Assembly: GCF_009914755.1 (NCBI RefSeq) | Contig: NC_060936.1 | Source: the human T2T-CHM13v2.0 reference genome, Homo sapiens | DNA: 64,000 bases | Strand: one strand, 5' to 3' | Shown: positions 1 through 14,063 of the stretch, one piece after another | How the letters are laid out: each line of letters begins with the position of its first letter | Numbering within the stretch: position 1 is the first letter of the stretch | The notes under the pieces: generated by a model | The model's database searches: none | What the model was told of the DNA's origin: nothing | The model's input: the letters and a program-made list of their open reading frames with translations, nothing else | Made by a program: the position numbers and the translations under genes

Positions 1-521
1 CGTGGGAGGACGGTCCTTGCCATCATTTGTTTTTCTCAGCGTTGGCTTTTCTCCTATACAATCTGCCCCTGGCAGACAACAGAATCCAAGGATTCAGTAC
101 TGTTGAGGGTATTTCTGGCTGTGAGGGCTCCTGAGGTTTCCCCCTGTGCTGAGACAAAGGGAATTTGCCCAACCAGGGCTCTGCGAGGGGCCTTCGTGGA
201 GATATTAGACACGGTATGATAGCACGAGAGCCATGTTACATTCGTTACAGCTTCATAGTTAATTTAGGATCTCGGCTGGATGAGGGGTGTGGCTGCTTGG
301 CCTTTAGAGGCTGCCAAGGATGGCTGCTGAAGGTGAGCTTCTTTCAAGACCCAACGTGAAAATGAACTGTTGCTGTGAGTTCTGCAGGAAGATGGTTGGT
401 GGGATGGGCTGATTCTAAGGACTCACTTCAGAGCCTGCAGTCTGAGGGTGGACAGAGCTTACTTTAAATCCCACCTTAGTTACTCTGTAGCTATAGGATA
501 GGATATGACAAGATAGTATAT

Positions 522-922
522 TGTATTGGTCTGTTCTTGCATTGCTATAAAGAAATACCTGAGACTGGGTAATTTATAAGGAAAATTGGCTCATAGTTAA
601 GCAGGCTGTAGAGGAATCATGACACTGGCATTTTCTTGGCTTCTGGGGAGGCCTCAGGAAACTTACAGTCATAGCAGAAGGCAAAGGGGAAGTAGGATCA
701 TCTTACATGGCCAAAGCAGGAGAAAGAGAGGCTGGCAGGGGAGGTGCCACACACTTAAACAGCAACCAGATCTTATGAGAACTCACTCACTATCACAAGA
801 ACAGCACCAAGAGAGAAATCTGCCCCCATGATCCAATCACCTCTCACCAGGCCCCACCTGCAACACTGGGGATTACAATTGACCATGATATTTGGATGGG
901 GACACAAATCCAAACCATGTCA
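522..922 (-). mobile_element. MST-family (MSTA/B-like) MaLR solo LTR
   Basis: TG...CA ends; motifs gctataaagaaatacctgagactgggtaatttat and atccaatcacctc...gacacaaatccaaaccat. Confidence 0.85.
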
Positions 923-1433
923 GATATGATATATGATGTGATAGATAATACAGCACAATATACTGTATTATATTATGCTATACTGTGTTGTGCAGCACAC
1001 TCAGGATTTCTCAATAGGAGAGGGGTGAAATTGTCAAGAGCACAAACTCAGGAGGCAGGTGCCTGCATTCAAATCCCAGCTCTGACATTGACGAGCTTTG
1101 CAACCCCTGGCCTTGTCCCACCACCTTCCTGAGCTTCAGTTTCCTCACTTATAAAGTGGTAATAATAACAGAAGCCACCTAACTGGATTATTGGGATGAT
1201 AGATGAAAGCAAGTGTATGGAAGCAGGCAGGTGTGTGGTAGAGAGAATGAAATTTGGAATGGTGCAACCTGATGTTTAAATCTTGGTGCTGCCACCACAC
1301 ACATGGTGTATGTGACTTTACGGGAGATTTTCAGCTCTCTGAACCTCACTTTCTTCATCTGTAAAATAGAAATATTGATTCCAATTTACCTTGCAGAGCT
1401 GTTATAAGAAAATATCATAATGCATATAGGGGC

Positions 1434-1892
1434 TGTAAAGGGTTGAATTGTGTTCCTCCCTCCAAATTCAAATGTTTAAGTTCTAACCTCCAGGCCTTCA
1501 GAATGTGACTTGATTTGGATATAGGGTAATTGCAGATGGAATTAGTTAAATTAGGATGAAGTCATAGTGGAGTAGAGTGGGCCCCTAATCCAATGTGACT
1601 GGTGTTCTTAGAAAAAGGGAAAATTTGGACACAGACTTGAACACAGGAGAAAGGACATGGGAACAGGAAGGCAGAGATCAGGGTCGTATTTCTATGAGCC
1701 AAGAAATGCCAAAGATTGCTGGCAAACCACCAGAAGCTTCAAGAGAGGCCTGGAACAGATTCTCTCACAGCCCCCAGAGGGAACCAATCCTGCTGACACC
1801 TTGACCTCTGACTGCCAGGCTCCAGAACCAGGAGAGAATAAATTTCTGCTGTTTAAGCCACTTGGTTTGTGGTACTCTGTTGGCAGCCCGGC
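1434..1892 (+). mobile_element. MLT1 (C-like) MaLR LTR
   Basis: gggttgaattgtgt...cagaatgtgact...ggaacagattctc...ataaatttctgctgtttaagcca. Confidence 0.8.
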
Positions 1893-3375
1893 TTAGCACA
1901 GAGCCCGGCACAAAGCGAGTGCTCACTGCATAGTTCTTGTTTTGTTATTCCTATGACCAGCATGTTCAGTCCTGTGATACCTGGGAAGCTTGTGGTGGGT
2001 CCAGAATGGGTCAGAACCCAGAACACAGCTGGGCTATGTGATGTGGGTGAGTTGCTTTCCCACTCTGGGCCCTCAGTGCCCTTATCTGTAAAACAAAAGC
2101 TCCACCTGATCAGAATAACGAATGAGACCCCTCACATGCAGATTTTACCGTGGCTTCACTGTGCACTGTCATCTCAAGCCCTCACCATGGCCCATGCATC
2201 ACCATCCTCCCCACTTTACAGATGGGGACACTGAGGCTCACAGAGGGAAGAAGTCGCTTGCCCAACATTGCACAGAAGCCAAGTGGCAGAGATGGGGTAA
2301 AATGGTAGCCAGTCCATGCTAAGGCCTGCCCTTGGCCACAGAATACTGGTGAGGGTGGAAAGGAAGGACGGCAGAGGGACTGTGACCTCAGATTCTCTTC
2401 CAAGCCTGAAGACAACGTTGGCCACGTTGTTCTCATTTCCTCCTTTGGGCTTCTTCAGCATCTTCCTTGCAGGCTCACATCTCTCCGGAAGCTCTTGGAA
2501 TCCTGCCTGTTCATAGGGAGGAGTCACCAAGCCCCCTTCAGACTCACGGGTGGAATAATCAAACACATATGCCTTGGAAAATGGGCTGGGGGATCCCCAG
2601 CCCCCCAACCCATTTCACACTCAGATGCAAGCAACACCCTCAGTCCCCAGGGCTCCCAGAGCTTTCTCATTCCATTTGTATCAATGTGCCCCACACATGT
2701 ATGAGCCAAGTTCTACTTCTGGGGGAAAGAAAAAAATCTATTTCTTTCTGCATCTTGGCATCTATTTTTCCCAAAGTGCCAAGGAAATTCCATCTCTGAT
2801 AAATGACAGGCAGCCACCAGAAAAGCTTGGATGTTTATTCCCTCCTGGGGAGAGGAACAGGGCTCAGACCCTCTTCTGAGCATCCTGGAGAATGCATTTC
2901 CTCCATTTTCTGGAGGGGCTGGGAGTAAGGCCTTCTCTTTTCTCTCTCCAAATGACCTCTGCTCAGACCTGGAGGCCCTTCCAGAACAGTTTCTGATGGA
3001 TTCTGGAGTCTGACAGACCTGGTTAGCAAAGTACCCTGGACTTGGTAAATGGCTGTTTCCATCAATATCATTCATTCATAAGATATCACTACATGCACAG
3101 GCTGTGTGTTGAGCCTGCATCTTGTGCCAGCCTCTGTGTTAACTGCCTTAAACATCACTTCACTTACTCCTCACAAAAACCTGGAGGAAGTGGAGTGATG
3201 CCTCATTGTATAGGCAGGAAAACTGGGGCTTCAAGAGAGGCTGAATCGTATTCCTATGGACATGAAGCTAATAAGTGGTAGGTCATCAGCTAAGTGATAC
3301 CACTAATAAGTAGTATTTGAATCCAGATGGGTCTGATCTGATTCCAAGTCTGAGCTCGTAAAAAGTCTATACCAT

Positions 3376-3606
<231 letters not shown>

Positions 3607-3635
3607 AAAAAGTCTATACCATTCTTCTTTCTAAG

Positions 3636-4117
3636 TGTGGTGGGTTGAATAATCATCCTCTGCCCCACCAAACCTGTCCACGTTCAAATCCCTGGAACCT
3701 GCAAATATGGTACCTTAAGCATGGTAAGAGGTACTTGGCAGACGTAAATGAGTTAAGAATCTTGAGATGGGATATTATCCTGGATTCTCCAAGTGGTCCC
3801 ACTGTCATCGCAAGGATCTTCATAAGAGGGAGGCAGGGAAGATCCGAGTCAGTAGCAGGAGATGCGATGATAGAAGACGTTGGAGTGATGGAATGCAGGC
3901 AGGAAGGGGAGGGGCCAGGAGCCAAGGCATGCAGGCAGCTTCTAGAAGCTGAAAAAGCAAGGAAGCAGATTCTCCCTGAAGCCTCCAGCAGGAACCAGCC
4001 CTGCAGACATCTTGATTTTACACTTCTGATTTTCAGAACTGAATAGAATGAACTTATGTTTTTTTAAGCTAGTAAGTTTGTGGTCATATGTTACTGCAGC
4101 CACAGGAAACTAATATA
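3636..4117 (+). mobile_element. MLT1D-like solo LTR with 5-bp TSD
   Basis: cttgagatgggatattatcctggatt...ggaaactaatata. TSD CTAAG at 3631-3635 and 4118-4122. Confidence 0.85.
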
Positions 4118-4399
4118 CTAAGCATGGATAAAAAAAATTAAGGAAAGATACTAAAAGAATAAGTGAATGCCTGGAAAGGTAGTGAATAAATGAGTGAAAC
4201 ATAGTGGCATCAGTGATGGCTTGCCTTTGACATCCCAGTGGGTCACTGTCTTCTCTACAGCCCAGGACCCATGACAGAGTGGTTGGCATTACCACTAGAC
4301 CTGTAGCCCTTCACTTATTTATACTGTTGTTTAATCTTAAATCTTTTTTTTTTTTTTTTTTTTTTTTCAGAGAGGGGGATGTTTGAAAACGTCCTACAA

Positions 4400-4890
4400 T
4401 GGTATACCTTACATACTGTAAAGTACAAAATCAATAAATTTTTACAAACTTATAGAGCCATGGAACCATTGCCAAGGTCAAGATACAGACCATTCTTATC
4501 ACTCCAGAGAGGTTTCTTTGCATTTCTTCCTAATTGATACCCCTGTCACCAGAGATTAATTTGCCTGTCCTTGAACTTCATATGAATGGGATCTTGTACT
4601 GTCTTTTCTTTTGTGCCTGGCTTCCTTTGCTTGATGTTATTTTTATAAATCCGTGAGATTTATTCACGATGTCACATATATCAGCGGTTTCTTTCTTGTT
4701 CATTCAATTTTTAATCCTTTCTCCTTTTGAAGGACACATGGCTGATTTTCTGCAGTTTGGGACCCTAATGAACAGAGGTGCTAGGGACATTCTTGTACAA
4801 ATCTTGTGGGAGATTTAAGCACTCATTTCTTGTAGGTGTATACCCAGGAGTGGAATTGCAGGGTCCTAGGTATGTGAATGTTTCGCTTCA
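4400..4890 (-). mobile_element. Old L1M 3' fragment
   Basis: ttgcctgtccttgaacttcatatgaatgg...gtatacccaggagtggaattgc. Confidence 0.7.
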
Positions 4891-5143
4891 GTGGACAACA
4901 CCAGTCTCCAGCCTGAATCTAACTTGAGGAATGCCTTCCTTGCCCGCAACAGCTTTCTCTCCAACAGATCTACCCACATCTCCACATTGTGTGGGTCACA
5001 ATGCTTAGGAGACAAGGAGGCCCAATAACTCCTCACATCCCAGTCCAGGAAAGCCTCATCTGACCTGATGGGTTTCAGAGATGTGATGTAGGAGAAGGTG
5101 GGGACAAAGGGGGTACCCAGTCTCCTTTTCATGTGGGCTCATT

Positions 5144-5590
5144 TGCTAACCAGCAAATGGACTTGCTGCCCGATGCACATAAAAGCCAATGACTATGGCA
5201 CTGGTTTTTGAGAAAAGAAAGACTTTATTGTAAACCTGGCTGGCAAGGAGACAGAAGTCAGGCTTAAATCTGTCTCCCTAATTTGGGATCTGGAGCAAAT
5301 TTTAAGGGATCAGAGGGCAAGGGAAAAGATTTAGGAGTGGTGGGTTGGCAGGGTCTGATTAAAGGGCTTCAAATTTGACCATTTACAGTAAAGTATGTTG
5401 AGGCAGATTTTAACCCTGGATCTTCCGGGCCAATAGACCCCTCACTTCTGAAAGAGCTCCAGAGTTCAGGTCCTGGTCATGTCCCAGTCTTCTTGGTTCC
5501 AAGGGGAGGATTCATGGTTCCAGGTGTTGTTAAAGGTCAAAGATTTTTCTATTGTGCATACCCAGGCTCTGTTACCCCAAAGGGGACTCT
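5144..5590 (-). mobile_element. ERV1-class solo LTR (family uncertain)
   Basis: Antisense poly(A) signal (tttattg) with LTR-like ggcaaggagacag...aaatctgtctccc. Confidence 0.5.
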
Positions 5591-5594
5591 AATT

Positions 5595-5735
5595 TTTTGT
5601 TGTTGGTGTTTTTTTTGGTACAGACAGGGTCTTGCTATGTTTCCCAGGCTGGTCTTGAACTTCTAGCTCAAGTGACCCTCTCATCTTGGCTTCCCAAAGA
5701 GCTAGGATTATAGGCATGAGCCACTGAACCCAGTC
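5595..5735 (-). mobile_element. Alu left monomer (FLAM-like)
   Basis: agggtcttgctatgtttcccaggctggtcttgaact...ggattataggcatgagccact. Confidence 0.85.
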
Positions 5736-6901
5736 TACTCAGCATTTTGTCTTCAACAGAGCAGGCCCAGTTTGGGCTGGTACCAAGGTTACATGTTCTT
5801 TCTATATGGGACCCTCCCATTTGCTGAGTTGATGAGGCAGAGGTTTGGAGTTTAGTTGAGTGTGAGGTGGAGACATATCCCAAACTTAAATAATCAGCAC
5901 ACCACCCTTGCAATTTTTCCCACATTTGCTGTTTTTCTTGGAATTGATTTACTTTTTTACTGAAAGTTGTTTATTTAGGAAGTTAACTTACCTGCAAATA
6001 TGAAATCAATATGACTTTCCCTAAATAGAGGTTAATCACTACAAACACTCCAAACAAAGACAAGGTAGATCAGTTCTAGCCCGGCACCATTACCTGCCTG
6101 GGATTCTGTGCCTGAGGCCTCTCTCTGTTATAAAGGCAGATTAGCAAGCATTTGAGAGGTGTTGAAGCTCTATTAGCACCAAACTGAGATTTTTTATTGA
6201 TGTCATCAGAGATATTGAAGGAAAATTAAAAGTGAATACTTTTCTCACTTTATGATAGAATGGTATTTAACACTGGAATCTTCCCTTATGCTGAGATGGC
6301 TCCTACACTTTGAGAAACACTGATGTATTGAAAAGCCTCCTAGTTGGGAGTCAGATCTTTGTCCAAATGCTCTGCTAGCTCTGTAATATTGGATCAGTGA
6401 CTTCATCTCTTTGAGCCTTAACTCCCTCATTTGTGCAGTGGGATGATCATAGCACCTGCCTCAGAGGCCTGTGAGTGTGAATGAAGAACTCAGTAAATGA
6501 CTCTGCTCTTGGTATTTTTGTGATAGGGTCATCTAATGAATCTTATGTCTAAAGATTGATGCCAGCAGTGGGAATGGACATCCCAGAGATTTCTACATTG
6601 AGATTCTTAGGGTGTCTGCTCCTAAGCAAAATCCTCTGTTGGCTTCAGCAAAGTTCTCTGCCATTTTGGGGGAATGTTTATTGCCCTTGGGATTCTGCCA
6701 AGGTTAAATGGAGAAAGTGGTCCTGCTGAAATTCACACACTTTGTCATTGGCTCGCAGGCACAGATACTAAATCTGATCCACCGGAGAGTAAGCAGGATC
6801 TCTCCCATGCATCTGTTCTTACGGAGGTGATGATGTGTTGGGGCAGCAGATTCCCTGTCAGACCTACCTGTGTGCCACCCCAGTTTCACTATTTGCTGCA
6901 T

Positions 6902-7316
<415 letters not shown>

Positions 7317-9107
7317 TATTTGCTGTATGTTTTAGGGGATGCCACTTCTCCTCTCTGGGTTTCAGTTTGCTCGTCTCGTAAGTGGGAATATTCGAACCTT
7401 ATAGAGTGATATGAATGATAAGATGAGATGAAGCACAAAATACAATAACCAAGTATTTAATAGACAAAAATCATTGCTGTAATTGTTCTTACTTGAGGAA
7501 GTCATAGGCTGCATTTAAATGTTCTGCAGAACTTACTCTGCCTCTTGGACTCATGATCATTCTAAATCTTTGTTTCAGAAAGAACCTCCCCCACCCCACT
7601 CCAATCTCTCAATTTTCATTCTATTCCAGATGTTCGCTTGTGTGTTCTCCACTGCCCAAACCCAGGTGGTTATTCTGCAACAGCTACAACTTGAGTAAGA
7701 CCAAAACACAACTCAAGTGGACTTTCTAAAAAGAGAATAATTTATTTTGGCTCCCAGACATCAAAATTCGCAAGGGATTGCTTCAGGTATGGCTTGATCC
7801 AGGCTCAAACAAAGCTCATGAGATCTTAGTTTCTCTGCATCTCTACCTTCCCCTAGGCTTCAGCTGCCCTGATGGTAGCAAGATACTGCCAGGAGGCCAA
7901 GCTCACTTCTCCCAGATGCCCAAATCCATAAGAATCTAGAACCTTTCTCTCCCAGCCAAAGGCTTATTGTTTCTGATTAGAATACCTGCTTGTTTCTGAA
8001 CCAATCGCTGTGGTAGGAGAGAGATATGGGCCATGTTGATGGGCTTAGGCTAGGCAGGACCTATTTTTGGAGGTGAGTGTTGGGTCAACCCCATGCAAGC
8101 CCCACTGTTGGATGAAATGTGGATTCTGGAGAGCATCAATGCTAGAAGAGGGTGAGGGGTAAAATGATCCTGGGGCTGCAATCAACTGATGTCCCATTGC
8201 TTTTTTCAAATAAATAACAAATTTTCCATTAGAAACTCAGCAATGGAGCAGGATTGAAGGAGCCTCTCTCTCTCTTTCTGTCTCAACTCATTCTTGTGCC
8301 ACATTGCCTGAAAATAACAAGGTTGAAGTCAGAGTGATGAATGGGGGCAACATTGACTCGGCACTAATTTTGCCTGGAAGCCGTAGCTATTTTGGGCTCC
8401 TGCTGAGCCCTGGTTTAGCTTAGCTGGTTAGACAGTAGGGCTCGTGAGGTCAAGGGTATGAAGAAGGAGCAGAAACATGGGATTGGAGCAGAAGTCCTGG
8501 ATCCTGATCATGCTCTGCCACTTTTCAGCTAGAAACCTTGAGCAAGTCACATATCTTCCCTGGATCACCATCTCCATGTCTCCCTTAAATGTCCCTTTAC
8601 TCTGCCCCCATCTCCTCCATTAGGTCACCCCTACACATCTCTTATCCCAAGACTGACTGCCCATCCCAAGACTGGGTGGGATGCTCCTCCATGTGCCTAT
8701 ACAGCCTTAGACTTCTGAGTTCAAATCCTAGTTATTCCACTTACTTACTGAATGACTTTGGACAAGTTTATCAGTCTCATTGTGTCTCAGTTTCCTTGTC
8801 TGTCAAATGGGGATACTGTGACTAGTACCTATCTCATGGGGTTGTTGCAGTGATTACAATGGATAATTTATGTAAGCATTTAACATAGGGCTGGGCTCAG
8901 CAAATGCTAGCTTGAAAGAATGGTTCTGAAATCCAAGTGGAAAAACAAGCCTGTGACATAAAACTTCTCCCTTACTGTATGAGATTCATGGAGCTGTGTT
9001 TTTATACCATTCTCTCCTGCACCTCAGTATCTAGCAATGTTCCTGGTGTATAGCAAGTCCTCAATAAAATTTGTTAAATCAATGTCCTAGTTCATCATGT
9101 TCTAGGG

Positions 9108-9611
9108 TAGTGGTCCTCAACCACTGGGCCACACAGCAGGAGGTAAGCAGTGGGCCAGTGAACAAAATATCATCAGTATTTACAGCCACTCCTCATTGCT
9201 CACATTACTGCCTGAGCTCTGCCTCCTGTCAGATCAGTGGTGGCATTAGATTCTCATAGGAGCACAAACCCCACTGTGAACTGCGAATGCAAGACCTCTA
9301 GGTTGCACACGCCTTATGAGAATCTAATGCCTTCCATCACCTCCAGATGGGAATCTAATGTCTTCCATCACCTCCAGATGGGGCCGTCTAGTTGCAGGAA
9401 AACAAGTTCAGGGATCCCACTGATTCTACATTGTGGTGAATTGTATAATTATTTCATTATATGTAACAATGTAATAATAATAGAAATAAAGTGCACAATA
9501 CATGTAATACACATGAATCATCCAGAAACCAATCCCCCCCACCCCCTGGTCCATGGAAAAATTGTCTTCAGTGAAACCGGTCCCTGGTGCCAAAAAGGTT
9601 GGGGACCACTG
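9108..9611 (+). mobile_element. MER1A-like hAT (Charlie) DNA transposon with 8-bp TSD
   Basis: TIRs tagtggtcctcaacc / ggttggggaccactg. TSD TTCTAGGG at 9100-9107 and 9612-9619. Confidence 0.9.
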
Positions 9612-9820
9612 TTCTAGGGTATTCCCCTAGCTCTGCTGAGAGCACAGAATTGCAAAATTAGGCTGTCCATGGGCCTTGACAGAAACGTCAAGTTTGAAAG
9701 GTCAGTGTGAGCTGGTAGGAGGCTTCGTCTGTGACTGATTTGAGTGGTGCCAAAGTCACTCCCCTTCTTGAAGTCCCATTCTTGGCTCTCTCTGCTTCCC
9801 GCCCACCCAGAGCCTGGAGT

Positions 9821-9983
9821 TTAGGAAGACCCCTCTGACATGCAAACATCTGCATAAAAGTCCACAATCACCATCTTGTCACTGACTTTAATGATCTCAT
9901 TAGACTGGCAGCATGTAGGGGAACAGGGCACAGGACAGTTTCCAGGGTCATGGTTGGAGGAATGAAGAAGTCAGAGAGAGGCT
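9821..9983 (+). repeat. Local duplication, copy 1
   Basis: About 10 substitutions and 2 indels versus 11384-11552. Confidence 0.95.
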
Positions 9984-10529
9984 ACCTCCCTGGGTGAGAG
10001 GAAAGGTAGCCAAAGAGCACACTGTTGGTTTTGCCCAGAGCTTGACTGGCAGTGACTCTGTAAATTTTGTTGGCAGTGTTGATATAACACCCCAAACAAG
10101 GTCCTCACTATTCGAGCAGCACATTAAAGACCCAAGGGAGGTTATTTTACTTGGCAGCTTCCCCACAGGGTGGCCAAGAAGCTGAAGGCAGAGACTGTGC
10201 TCCCAAAGCCTTCTTGTACTGGGAAGGGGAGAATAAGCCCCGCAGAACCTGTGGCAGGTAGCTTGCTTTTCTCTCCCCAAAGGCATTCTTAAAGCTGTAT
10301 GCTGGCAGTGTTCTGTAGCCAAAGAAAATGTCCTGGATGTATGTGTGTGAGCTTGTATGTGTGTCTTCCAAACAAGAACCACCTTTCAGCCTTACCTTTA
10401 TTTTTTTTCTGTTATGGGTTAGTTTTAGCACAATTTATTGCTTAGCTAAGTTAGGAAACTCACTTAATGCAGGTCCAGCACTATGCAGTGTAGTCACTAC
10501 ACACACACACAGAGAAACGGGAAAATAAG

Positions 10530-10671
10530 TGATAATGATGACATCAATGATGGTGATGACAAAGACAATGACAAGACAACAATGATGATGATGGTGATGA
10601 TGTAAATATTAATGCTGCTGATGATGGCAGGGATGATGATATTGACAACAATGATGATGATGATGATGATG
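10530..10671. repeat. Degenerate (GAT)n simple repeat
   Basis: gatgatgat runs interrupted by gac/aat/ggt. Confidence 0.85.
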
Positions 10672-11383
10672 AGAACAAAAATCTATCGCCCAGTACTCTT
10701 CTAAGTGCTTTAATTTACTAACTTATCTAAGTCCCATAATCACCTTATGAAAAAGGATCTATGGTCATTGAATCCACCACCGGCTAGTTGTATGCGGCTG
10801 GGCAAGTTATTTCACCTCTCAGAGACTCAGTGACCCTATCTATAAAATGGAAATAAAAATAGCAGTTCTGGGTAACACACTTAGTCAATGTCTGACATGA
10901 TGCCAGCGTTCAAGAGATAAAAGTGATTCTTATGTAGCCCCACTTGATCCTCCTGTCAACTCTGTGAAAGAGGAAGTATTTTTCTGACCCTGATTTTACA
11001 GAATGGTAGGCAAGTTCTCCCAGCTAGGAGTGGCTGAGCTGGGGCTCAAAGCTAGTCATGAGATTTCAGTCCTGTGGGCTTGCAGAAGCTGTTTTAGGCA
11101 TCTCTGCAGGGCTAGTTCTGATCCACAGGGGTCCCTGGGCTAAGGCTGGGCTCAAAGGTCCACATGAGACCAGACTGGCTTCAGAGCATACAAAGCCCTC
11201 AGCCAGGGTAAGGTATTGCTAAGGTAGGAGAGGCTGGTTCTTTTGTGCCCATGAAATGAATCGCTGGGTACCTGGACTAGTCTGGGTGGCAGAGACACAA
11301 GTCACTCAAATCTCTTACCTCCCGCCCAGGAAGGCTGGTGGTGCTTCTTGACTTGGAGCCAAAAGAACCTAGTTTTCTAGCTC

Positions 11384-11552
11384 TTAGGAAGACCTCTCTG
11401 ACATGCAAACATCTGCATAAAAATCCACGATCACCATCTTGTCACTGGCTTTAACAAGCTCATTAGACTGGGAGCATGTAGGGGAACAGGGCACAGGACA
11501 GTAAGTTTTCCAGGGTCATGGATGGAGGAACGAAGAAGTCAAGAGAGAGGCT
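11384..11552 (+). repeat. Local duplication, copy 2
   Basis: Direct copy of 9821-9983. Confidence 0.95.
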
Positions 11553-11587
11553 CAGACACCCATATTGCTACAATTACACCATTTATT

Positions 11588-11870
11588 ATGGTGGCCACTG
11601 GCCACGTATGGCTATTGAACATTTGAAATATGGCGAGACTGCAGTAAGGTGTGCTGGACATGTGAAATACACATCAGATTTTTAAGTCTTTGTATGAAAA
11701 AAAGAATGTGAAATATCTCAATAATGCTTCACACTTATGTTGAAATGACATTTTAGATCTAATAGATTAAATATATTATCAAAATTAATTTCACTTGTTC
11801 CTTCTTCATTTTTTAACATAACTTCTAGAAGATTTTAAGTTATATATGTGGCTCATATTGTATTTCTGTG
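11588..11870. mobile_element. MER33-like hAT DNA element
   Basis: gccactggccacgtatggctattgaac...aaatacacatcagatttt...aaaattaatttcacttgtt. Confidence 0.75.
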
Positions 11871-12609
11871 CTCTACAGTTTATAGTCTACTGAGGTGATT
11901 AAACAGCTGGATTAAGAGTTTCCATCCCGGAGTCAAACAGACTGAAATCAAATCCCCATTTCACCTCTAACCAGCTGTGTGACCTTGGGCAAGTGACTTC
12001 CCTTCTCTGGGCTTCAGTGTACCTGCTTGTAAAATAAAGGTAAATATTTGGGAAGAATTTTGTCAAACTGTATGATTTTAAATAAGAATTCTTTTTATTC
12101 CTAAACAAAAAAGAAATACTATCAGAAACACTGACAAATATTATTGATGAGGAATTCTACTTGCCTTAAGAAAGAATAGGCTTTGCATTCAGTCAATTCA
12201 AATCTAGCCAAAAGCACAGAGCTGCACCATTGTTGAGAGTTAATATATGATTTCTAGGGTTTTTGGAAATCCTGAGGGGTCCCTTGGACCCTAGAGGGCT
12301 GTCAGAGACCTCTAAGAAGCTGGGACTATGGGAGAGAAAGGAGTACCGTGATCAATATTCACTCCTTACAGACAGGGGAATGGATGACCAGAGAGGTTAG
12401 GTAACTTGTTCAAGGTCACACAGCAAGTAGGTGGCAGACTAGGTCCTGCCAGGGTCTGTGCTCGTGATCACTTGCTATACTTTGTCATCATACCCAATTA
12501 TCACAAAAGTCCTACTTTTAGCCCTATTTAAAGATGAAGAAACAGGATCAGAGAAGTTAAGGCACTTGTCTGTGGTCACACAGTGGCAGGTGGCATTCAA
12601 TGCCAGATA

Positions 12610-13055
12610 TACTGGGCTAAAGAGTGCCCCCCAAAATTCCGTGTCCATCTGGAACCTCAGAATTGGATCTTATTTGGAAATAGAGTCTTTGCAGCTGTAA
12701 CTAGTTAAGTTGAGGACATACTGGATTCAGGTGGGCCCTAAATTCAGTCACTAGTGTCCTTACTAAAGAAAACAGAGACATGCAGACACACAGAGAGAAT
12801 GCCACGTGAAGACAGAGAAAAAAATTGGGGTTACACCTCTACAAGTTGGCAAATGCAAAAGATCGCCAGCAACTGCTAGAAGCTGGAAGAGGGGCACAGA
12901 ACAGATTTTTCCTCAGAGCCTTCCCAGAGGACCAACTCTGCCACCACCTCGATTTTGGACTTCTGGCCCACAGAGCTGTGAGAGAGTAAACTTTTGTTGT
13001 TTTAAGCCACCCAGTTTGCAGTAATTTGTTACAGCAGCTTTAGGAAGCTAACACA
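12610..13055 (+). mobile_element. MLT1 (C-like) LTR
   Basis: ttatttggaaatagagtctttgcag...ttttaagccacccagtttg...ggaagctaacaca. Confidence 0.8.
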
Positions 13056-13060
13056 TCAGG

Positions 13061-13365
13061 TGCTATGGTGTGAAAGTTTGTGTCCCCCCAGATTCACAAG
13101 CTAATGCCCTAATCTTAAATGGGAAGTGATTAGGTCATGAATGAGATTAGAGATCTTGCAAGAAGAGACAGGAGATAGCTTGTTTCCCCCCACTCCCCGC
13201 CCCTTCCCCCTCTCTGCCATGGGAAGACACAGTGAGAAGACCAGGAATCGGGGCCTCCACAGACACTGGATCTGCTGGCGCCTTGATCTTGGACTTCCCA
13301 GACTCCAGAACTTTGAAAAATAAATGTGTGTTGTTTAAGCCCTCCAGTCTAGAGGGCTAAGACAC
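13061..13365 (+). mobile_element. MLT1A/MST-like LTR immediately following
   Basis: tgctatgg...tgtgtcccccca...ccttgatcttggacttcccagactccagaact...gctaagaca. Confidence 0.75.
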
Positions 13366-14012
13366 AAGACATGGCACCCTTGCTGCTGCTTCACTAGCAA
13401 AGCCCCAGCTCATCCTGGGGTGCTGTCGAGATGTCCCCCTCCCATCCTCATCCCAGACCCTCCCACCAGCCACCAGCCTGAGCAGGTGCGGAGCCTCAGA
13501 GTGGCCCTGCTGGCTCTTGGCTGTGAGAAAGGCCTTCTGCTCCAGGCATGGTGAGCTCTTGCAAATTACTGTTTTCAGTTGAAAAGAGGCTCCAGAGGGC
13601 TCTTCAGCTGCTCAGCAGGAGACGTGAAGGCTCTTGAATTAACTCAGAGAATCAGAAGCTTCTATGGCTGATGGCCAGGAGGCCCCCCCACCCTCCCCTG
13701 CCTTCATCCTATCCCTTGGTCGGGGGTTCCCTGACCAGGTGCTTCTCAGGAGTTCCCACAAGAGCAGCCTTGGTGGAGGCCAGATCCAAGTCACCTGTGG
13801 ACTGATTGCCCAGTAGATGCTGGGGTAAGGGGATGCTGAATGAGGCTCTGCTGTTTCCAGGGGGTCAGCATCCTTCTGACTCCTATGGTGAAGGGGCCTG
13901 AGTGTGTTTCCTGTACAACCAGGAGTCCTGTCACTGGTCTGCACACACAGTCGGCCTTTATTTGATCCAATCAGAAGGCAGGAAGCCATTGAGGCAGAGC
14001 TGATTCCTGGCT

Positions 14013-14015
<3 letters not shown>

Positions 14016-14062
<47 letters not shown>
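14016..14062. repeat. (TG)23 microsatellite
   Basis: Uninterrupted TG run. Confidence 0.98.

Positions 14063-14063
<1 letters not shown>

Noticed and set aside
4344-4370. T24-CAG strong acceptor-like site
   Set aside because: Probably a retroelement-derived poly(A) remnant; no convincing downstream donor.
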